From the IMG/VR virus record IMGVR_UViG_3300047539_000012: a stretch of 30,652 nt of DNA. One strand, written 5' to 3'. A program made the position numbers and the translations under genes. Source of the stretch: an uncultured virus (IMG/VR IMGVR_UViG_3300047539_000012). Its lineage: Duplodnaviria; Heunggongvirae; Uroviricota; Caudoviricetes. How positions within the stretch are numbered: position 1 is the first letter of the stretch; each line of letters begins with the position of its first letter. This document shows positions 25,568 through 30,652 of the stretch, one piece after another. The notes under the pieces were generated by a model that saw only the letters and a program-made list of their open reading frames with translations, was not told where the DNA came from and made no database searches.

Positions 25568-27270
25568 TTGCTCCTCCGTGTGAGTGCTTCTGCAATTTTC
25601 TTGCTCGCCTGTCCAGAATTCATCTGGTCGTAATTGAAATGCTGCCATGGAAACAGCCGCTTGAGCATCCCCCTCTGGCCCGGGCTAACTTTTTTGCCGT
25701 GCCATTTCGCCTCTCGCAGCACGTTGCCCAGCGTCCGCTTGCTCACTCGCTTGCGAATCTGTTCATCTGCGACTTTGATCGATTCCTCGAACGTCGGTCG
25801 CACACCGTGGAACCTATCGCTCTGAATCTCCCCGTCTACTTCCCACTGTCCGAGTACGTTCTCGTACAACTTCACGAACCCCTGAGGCTCGGGCCCCTCT
25901 TTCGGGATGAGCATCTTGTATCCGCCACTGGCAGATCGGAACCACGACAGTTCCGAATTGTCCTGCACTTCCTGCGGGAAATTCACTCGGAACATATCAA
26001 CCTGCTCAATAAACAACTTCGCTTTATCGAGCAATTCTAGTTTAGAGAAGTCTACGTCGGGGTTCTCTTCCTGCAACGCTTCAATCGTCTCAGCCGCATG
26101 GAGCAGCGACTGGCCCTGCAAGTCCAGATTATTCGACAGTCCCATCAACGTCGGAAGCGTGACTAGCGAAGGCTCGGGTTTGCCGTCTGCGAAGTAGATC
26201 ACGATGAGGTTTCGCTTTACCCGCTCCTCGGGCTCGTGGTCTTTCAAGTTCACGCCATCTTCGAGCCGGGTTCCCCGCCCTATCATCTGGGGAAGAAGGA
26301 TAACACTCTCGGAAGGACGAGCCAGTACAATGCACGCAATCGACGGGTCATTGTATCCCTCAATGAGCAGACCGCAGACGCAGAGGACACCGCTTCGGCT
26401 TGCACTATGCTGTTCCAACTTTTGGGTTCGTTCGTCATCATCTCCCCACATAGCATCTGCTGAGATGCCAGCGGTATTAAACTCGTTCGCCATGTCTTGG
26501 GCGTGCTTGATGTCGGCACAGTAGACGATGGTTTTTCGTCGTTCACCGATTCTCTTCCAAGCATCCACGACCTGTTGATTGCGTTGGGGTGTGTTGATCC
26601 GTTCAGAAAGTTCTCCGAGATTAAAATCACCCGATGACGTTGAGCCGACGCCGACGAGGCTGGTGCTGGTGCTGACGCGGTATCCTCGGACATCAACGAG
26701 CCATCCCTCCGCGATTGCTTGACGAATCGGGTACTGGTAGACAACCTTGTCATATATTTCGCTGAGGGCGATCCCGTCAGTACGTTGCGGAGTCGCAGTA
26801 ACACCCAGCAGCAACTTACGGCTATCAGACTGAAGCACTCCCGTCCGCTCAAGGATGCGGCGGTATCCGTCAGTGGTTGAGTGGTGAGCCTCGTCAACCA
26901 CGATCTTGTCGAATTCGTCCCAATCCCAGTTGTCTCCACGTTTGGTTCCTTTCCTGCCCAGCGTCTGCACGCTGGCACTTATGATCTGGCTGTTTGGGTC
27001 CGCATACAAAGTCTGGCCCATCTCCACCGAGACGTTCGCCTCCCCGTGATGGTACGCCATAACAACAGCATTCTGCTTGACTAGTTCATCCGTGTGGGCG
27101 AGCACAAGCATCTTACCGGGGAGCCGGGATTTCATCTCGCCATACAGCCGCCCGAAGCAATGGGTCTTGCCCGTGCCTGTCGCCATGACGAGGAGTTGCT
27201 TACGCACCCCAGAGTCGTAGGCGTCGAGGCTCGCCTTAACGGCGGCGTCTTGGAAAAGTCGGTCTCGCAT
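25564..27270 (-). CDS. SF2 DEAD/DEAH-box helicase (ResIII/Irc3-like)
   Basis: MATGTGKT, LAHT.EL..Q, VVDEAHH, GVTATP.R.D, LIEGYNDP, QMIGRGTR; AAGGAG RBS. Confidence 0.95.
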   Translation of the reverse strand: MRDRLFQDAAVKASLDAYDSGVRKQLLVMATGTGKTHCFGRLYGEMKSRLPGKMLVLAHTDELVKQNAVVMAYHHGEANVSVEMGQTLYADPNSQIISASVQTLGRKGTKRGDNWDWDEFDKIVVDEAHHSTTDGYRRILERTGVLQSDSRKLLLGVTATPQRTDGIALSEIYDKVVYQYPIRQAIAEGWLVDVRGYRVSTSTSLVGVGSTSSGDFNLGELSERINTPQRNQQVVDAWKRIGERRKTIVYCADIKHAQDMANEFNTAGISADAMWGDDDERTQKLEQHSASRSGVLCVCGLLIEGYNDPSIACIVLARPSESVILLPQMIGRGTRLEDGVNLKDHEPEERVKRNLIVIYFADGKPEPSLVTLPTLMGLSNNLDLQGQSLLHAAETIEALQEENPDVDFSKLELLDKAKLFIEQVDMFRVNFPQEVQDNSELSWFRSASGGYKMLIPKEGPEPQGFVKLYENVLGQWEVDGEIQSDRFHGVRPTFEESIKVADEQIRKRVSKRTLGNVLREAKWHGKKVSPGQRGMLKRLFPWQHFNYDQMNSGQASKKIAEALTRRSK

Positions 27271-27574
27271 CCAATTGCTCCTTGCGTAATTTGATTAGGA
27301 CATCCCCGTGACACCAGATAGTCGAGCCGTCCGAATTGTGGCACCAGCACCCGAGTATCTGATTGTCGATCTCGTGCAACGCGAGCCACAGTGCAGGCGT
27401 GTCCCGAATGTGTTGCTCGTATTCGACTAGGCTTTCGCTTCGACTCCGGTTGCCCCGAAGATGATAGGGGTTCGCCCACTTCGACTGGGGGAGGTTCAGT
27501 CCGGGCATCTCACGCCCGATGTATAGCGTGTATCCCGTGATGTTGTTCGGGTTGATCTTGATGACGTGTGTCAT
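27236..27574 (-). CDS. DUF4326-like protein
   Basis: YIGR...SKWANPY...R...Y...L.EI....LGCWC...CHGDVL. Confidence 0.85.
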   Translation of the reverse strand: MTHVIKINPNNITGYTLYIGREMPGLNLPQSKWANPYHLRGNRSRSESLVEYEQHIRDTPALWLALHEIDNQILGCWCHNSDGSTIWCHGDVLIKLRKEQLDARPTFPRRRR

Positions 27575-27951
27575 TTGCGTTTCTCGAAGAATAGAGTAGG
27601 CAGCGGGTCATTAGCCTGCAGCCGGTTGAAAGAGTGCGCCTCACGCCGGGGGTCGCTGCCCAGTATCGCTTGTAGGGCAATGCGTTCCAACGGAGTGACG
27701 GGCCTGTCGAGGTTGCACACGATATGCTTCCCATCGGGCTTCGAGCGGGACGGGGTCAACTTCGTGTTGTGGATGATATGGATTAGGTCTTTGACTCGGT
27801 CGAATCGAGCCAAGTCTTCCTTGCTGTCGATGTCCACGAATAGTTCGTTTGCCAACGGAACGCGAACGTCAATATTGTGCTTCGCTGCGTATATGAACGC
27901 ATCATGACTCGTGGTTGGTCCAGTGCCGCCGTCTTGCTCAAGTTCACTCAT
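27571..27951 (-). CDS. Hypothetical protein with minimal AEP/prim-pol-like motifs
   Basis: LFVDIDS, SRSKPDGKHIV, LGSD; GGAGG RBS; ATGA coupling on both sides. Confidence 0.6.
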   Translation of the reverse strand: MSELEQDGGTGPTTSHDAFIYAAKHNIDVRVPLANELFVDIDSKEDLARFDRVKDLIHIIHNTKLTPSRSKPDGKHIVCNLDRPVTPLERIALQAILGSDPRREAHSFNRLQANDPLPTLFFEKRK

Positions 27952-28214
27952 GACTTCCTCCCCAACGTGAATTTGACTACGACATCATTACAGGATTCGC
28001 TTATGACTTCGACGTTCAATTCCCGTCGATGGATTCGTTCGTGGCATTTCCAACACAGACTGAGCAAGTTGTTCAGGGTATGTCCCCCAGAATGACTCCG
28101 GAATAACAGGTGGTGTGGGTGCAGCCCCTGTCGGCTCTCGCAGTGTCGGCACTTCCACCCGTCCCGATTGAACACTTGGTTCACTACCTCCCGACTTAGT
28201 TTGGACTTTGGCAA
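27948..28214 (-). CDS. HNH endonuclease
   Basis: VFNRDGWKCRHC...LHPHH..FRS.SG.HT.NNL.SLC..CH..IH; TTG start lies inside the Clp gene. Confidence 0.9.
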   Translation of the reverse strand: MPKSKLSREVVNQVFNRDGWKCRHCESRQGLHPHHLLFRSHSGGHTLNNLLSLCWKCHERIHRRELNVEVISESCNDVVVKFTLGRKS

Positions 28215-29253
28215 AGTACTTCCACTCCCCTCCGACGAAGTCCACGATGACTACATCGTTGTCCATGATCTGGCCAGTGCCTACCAGTCTCGCCAGAGGC
28301 AGCCCGATATACTTCTCGACGGTTCGCTTCAGGTGACGAGCGTTGTTTCGCCTGTCGTATCCTTCGGCGACTATCTCCCGTTTGGCCGACGGTGAGACGT
28401 CGAAGTCAAATACACGTAGGGCCGTCAGTACGATCTGTGCCCGCAGTCTATCTAGTTCGATCCGCAGAATCGGGCCCATGTCTTCGGGCGTGAGCGACCT
28501 GAACACAACGGTCTTGTCCAGACGATTCAGAAACTCGGGCGGGAACTTCGACTGAGCGGCAGACATAGCCGTGGTTTTCATTATCTCATAATCGAGTGAC
28601 CCCCCGGATGCGTTAGCGAATCCCATGCCGCTGTCGCCCGACTTGACCGCCAGTTCTTTCGCTCCGACGTTCGACGTCATGATATGAACGGTCGGAGTAA
28701 AGTCTACGATCTCGTTATCTCCCGTGGTCATCTCCCCGTTGTCGAGTACGCCCAGCAGGAGATTCCACAGGGCATCGTTAGCCTTCTCGATCTCGTCCCA
28801 CAGGATCACGGTGAATGCAGGGTTCGTCTGCCCGACCTCGACTTCTTTGTTGCCGACCATGTTGTATATACAGAACTTGCTCCGCACAGACCGATTCGTG
28901 AAGTACGGATGGGTCTCACGGTGCCCGAGATATCCGGGTGGGGAACCCTGTAACTTTGCGATCTCGTGACTGTGCTGGAACTCTCCGCAGTTTACCCGCA
29001 TCAGTTTGCGGATGTTGCCAAAGAGCCCTTCGACGAACGCTTCAACGCTGCCCGTCTTTCCAACGCCCGTAGGCCCGAGAAATAGAAGGGACGCTATCGG
29101 TTTCTTCCTGTCGTAAATGCCACTGTTGTACTTCTCCAGAACTCGGGTATACGCTTCGAGTGCCTGTGGCTGACCAATGATCCGATTCTGGAATTTCAGA
29201 ATCAGTTCGTCGGCCTTGGTGCTCGTTCGGTTTGCGTCCAGTTGTCGTATCAT
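27988..29253 (-). CDS. Clp/Hsp100-family ATPase with the D2 module only (AAA_2 + ClpB_D2-small)
   Basis: RIIGQ..A, LFLGPTGVGKT, GSPPGYLG pore loop, ILWDEIEKA, IMTSNVG, MGF loop, FPPEFLNRLD..VVF..L, NARHLKR.VE; ATG 29253 after GAGGGGG. Confidence 0.92.
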   Translation of the reverse strand: MIRQLDANRTSTKADELILKFQNRIIGQPQALEAYTRVLEKYNSGIYDRKKPIASLLFLGPTGVGKTGSVEAFVEGLFGNIRKLMRVNCGEFQHSHEIAKLQGSPPGYLGHRETHPYFTNRSVRSKFCIYNMVGNKEVEVGQTNPAFTVILWDEIEKANDALWNLLLGVLDNGEMTTGDNEIVDFTPTVHIMTSNVGAKELAVKSGDSGMGFANASGGSLDYEIMKTTAMSAAQSKFPPEFLNRLDKTVVFRSLTPEDMGPILRIELDRLRAQIVLTALRVFDFDVSPSAKREIVAEGYDRRNNARHLKRTVEKYIGLPLARLVGTGQIMDNDVVIVDFVGGEWKYFAKVQTKSGGSEPSVQSGRVEVPTLREPTGAAPTPPVIPESFWGTYPEQLAQSVLEMPRTNPSTGIERRSHKRIL

Positions 29254-29266
29254 GCACGTTGCCCCC

Positions 29267-30058
29267 TCAGTCAGGATTTCCAAAACCGTCTTCACCGGCT
29301 GGGACGTCGCCCTTCTCATCCAAAACCGGAGCCTCTTCCACCGTAGTTGTCAGGTCATTCGGATTCGGCTCGCCCATTAGAGCAGGCTCGCCCTGATCCG
29401 GGTTGTTGTTCGGGTCTGCAAACCAGTCGGCACAGATCATTTCAAGTGCTGCGCCATCTGACATCTCTGTGACCTTGCCGGTGTCCTCATCCACGATCTG
29501 GCTCTCGGGGCACATATTCTTGCACAGGGTGATGCACGGCTTGATGACGTTCTCCCGGGCCAGTTTCTTGACCTTGAAATTCATCCACACCATGCTCTCG
29601 TCGGCAGTTTGTCCGTTGATGGTATCGATCTCAAACTGAATATCTTCAGTTGTCATGTCTTTCGCCCGGAGCGTCAACTCTCTTATAATTAAGGGCAACG
29701 GGGTTCCGTTGTATTCGCCAGCGGGTTTCAGTTGAGTGATGATACGCAACTTCGTTATACCGACGGGCTCATACTGCTCACGAGTCAGCCCCGCAGATAC
29801 ACCGTTCTCCGCGATGCGGTACAGGTAGTAGCCCTTGCTGTACTTCATCCCGAGATCAGTCAGAGACTTCAGGTATGCAGAGAAGGAAGTGAACCCCCAC
29901 TCGGCAAAGAAGTTTTTGCTTTTGATCTCGTAGAGTAATCCGGCCATGTCAAATGAGAACTCCGACACGCTCCGAATCAGTTTGTTGACTTCTTTCTTGA
30001 TGCGGGCCGCTCGCCCCGCTTCAACATCCCCGACGATTGGTGCCTGTGTTGGTTCCAT
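29267..30058 (-). CDS. Hypothetical protein with probable N-terminal helical DNA-binding domain
   Basis: GAGGAG RBS; LLYEIK....F..WGF.SF..YL...LGMK...Y.L.RI pattern seen in phage replication-module proteins. Confidence 0.7.
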   Translation of the reverse strand: MEPTQAPIVGDVEAGRAARIKKEVNKLIRSVSEFSFDMAGLLYEIKSKNFFAEWGFTSFSAYLKSLTDLGMKYSKGYYLYRIAENGVSAGLTREQYEPVGITKLRIITQLKPAGEYNGTPLPLIIRELTLRAKDMTTEDIQFEIDTINGQTADESMVWMNFKVKKLARENVIKPCITLCKNMCPESQIVDEDTGKVTEMSDGAALEMICADWFADPNNNPDQGEPALMGEPNPNDLTTTVEEAPVLDEKGDVPAGEDGFGNPD

Positions 30059-30556
30059 TTAGACTCCTCGCGGCGATACGCACACGCCGATATTCAGATT
30101 TTCTTGCTCTACCGTCCAATCTACCACAATCGCTTCGGATTTGGCAAGCACAACTTCATCCTCGGTCGTGCCAAGGACTTCGTCATTCTGCAGGAGAAGC
30201 AGTTCTTCGCCATTCAGGATGAATAGTGTGCCCGAGTACTTCCCGAATACAACGTGGGCATCTTCGGCATACGTCGCCTCAGGGCCCACCTCAAGGACAT
30301 CACCCTCAAGCGGCTGCTCCTTCTTGACGGAGTCGGGGATGTCGATGATGCCGTGCCCCAGCGTCTCTACCGTCCGTCGGACCAGCAAGGTCGCCCCCGC
30401 AGGGATGAACCGCTTTCGGCGAGCCTCTGCGAACTTCACGGGTTCAAAGTCAAACCGGGGTTCGTCGGTAACCTTTTTCAGGTTTTCACCGTCGCCGCTG
30501 CCGCCGATGAATTTCGCGGTGCGCTGGCCACTAGCCAAAACATCTTTACGTGCCAT
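30059..30556 (-). CDS. groES: Co-chaperonin GroES-like protein with N- and C-terminal extensions
   Basis: P....LLVRR...GIIDIPDSVKKEQPLEG.VLEVGP...VVFGKYSGT...NGEELLLL...EVLG; GAGGAGG RBS. Confidence 0.85.
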   Translation of the reverse strand: MARKDVLASGQRTAKFIGGSGDGENLKKVTDEPRFDFEPVKFAEARRKRFIPAGATLLVRRTVETLGHGIIDIPDSVKKEQPLEGDVLEVGPEATYAEDAHVVFGKYSGTLFILNGEELLLLQNDEVLGTTEDEVVLAKSEAIVVDWTVEQENLNIGVCVSPRGV

Positions 30557-30571
30557 GATTCCTCCTCGTTC

Positions 30572-30652
30572 TTAACGTCCTGCTACTGGGAAGTATTTGC
30601 TGATGGACCTCTTATCGAGGCCTGCGAACGCTGCCAACTTGCGGGTCGCAGC
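30572..30652 (-). CDS. 3' end of a gene truncated by the window edge
   Basis: Open frame ...AATRKLAAFAGLDKRSISKYFPVAGR* ends just before the groES RBS. Confidence 0.5.
   Translation of the reverse strand, partial: AATRKLAAFAGLDKRSISKYFPVAGR

Larger units (their letters stand above)
1..30652. mobile_element. Tailed bacteriophage / prophage genome segment
   Basis: Tail fibre with intramolecular chaperone, GH108 endolysin, endonuclease VII, MazG-like, phage-type helicase/RecA/GroES, tightly packed small ORFs in two convergent arms, and no host housekeeping operon. No integrase, terminase or capsid gene is in the window. Confidence 0.95.

Noticed and set aside
1..30652. Alternative genetic code (stop-codon reassignment)
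   Set aside because: Long genes are intact under code 11, and TAA, TAG and TGA all terminate well-defined genes.

Overview
The window is a fragment of a tailed dsDNA bacteriophage (or prophage) genome with two convergent arms. The + arm (1-18934) begins with late/virion genes: a tail fibre with a C-terminal S74-type chaperone, two probable ejection/internal virion proteins, and a 2008-aa polyvalent protein. It continues with two tiny genes that each have their own promoter, a degenerate SleB-like gene plus holin-like genes, a nucleotide-metabolism operon (A1-like metallophosphoesterase, nucleoside deoxyribosyltransferase-like, dATP/dGTP diphosphohydrolase-like), a spanin-like gene, Fn3/CHB_HEX-type surface proteins and tRNA-Asn(GTT). 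The - arm (18988-30652) carries GroES, a D2-only Clp ATPase, an HNH nuclease, a minimal AEP-like protein, DUF4326, an SF2 helicase, MazG, endonuclease VII, RecA, a chimeric frameshifted DNA methyltransferase, a GH108 endolysin and a minimal protein kinase. The most striking candidate system is the polyvalent protein. It has HhH-glycosylase-like, two ART-like and M41-like peptidase domains; one ART-like domain is bracketed by a 42-bp direct repeat; and two independently promoted micro-genes (candidate immunity/regulators) follow it. All family assignments come from motif recognition by eye; no searches were run. An Acidobacteriota host is a tentative inference.
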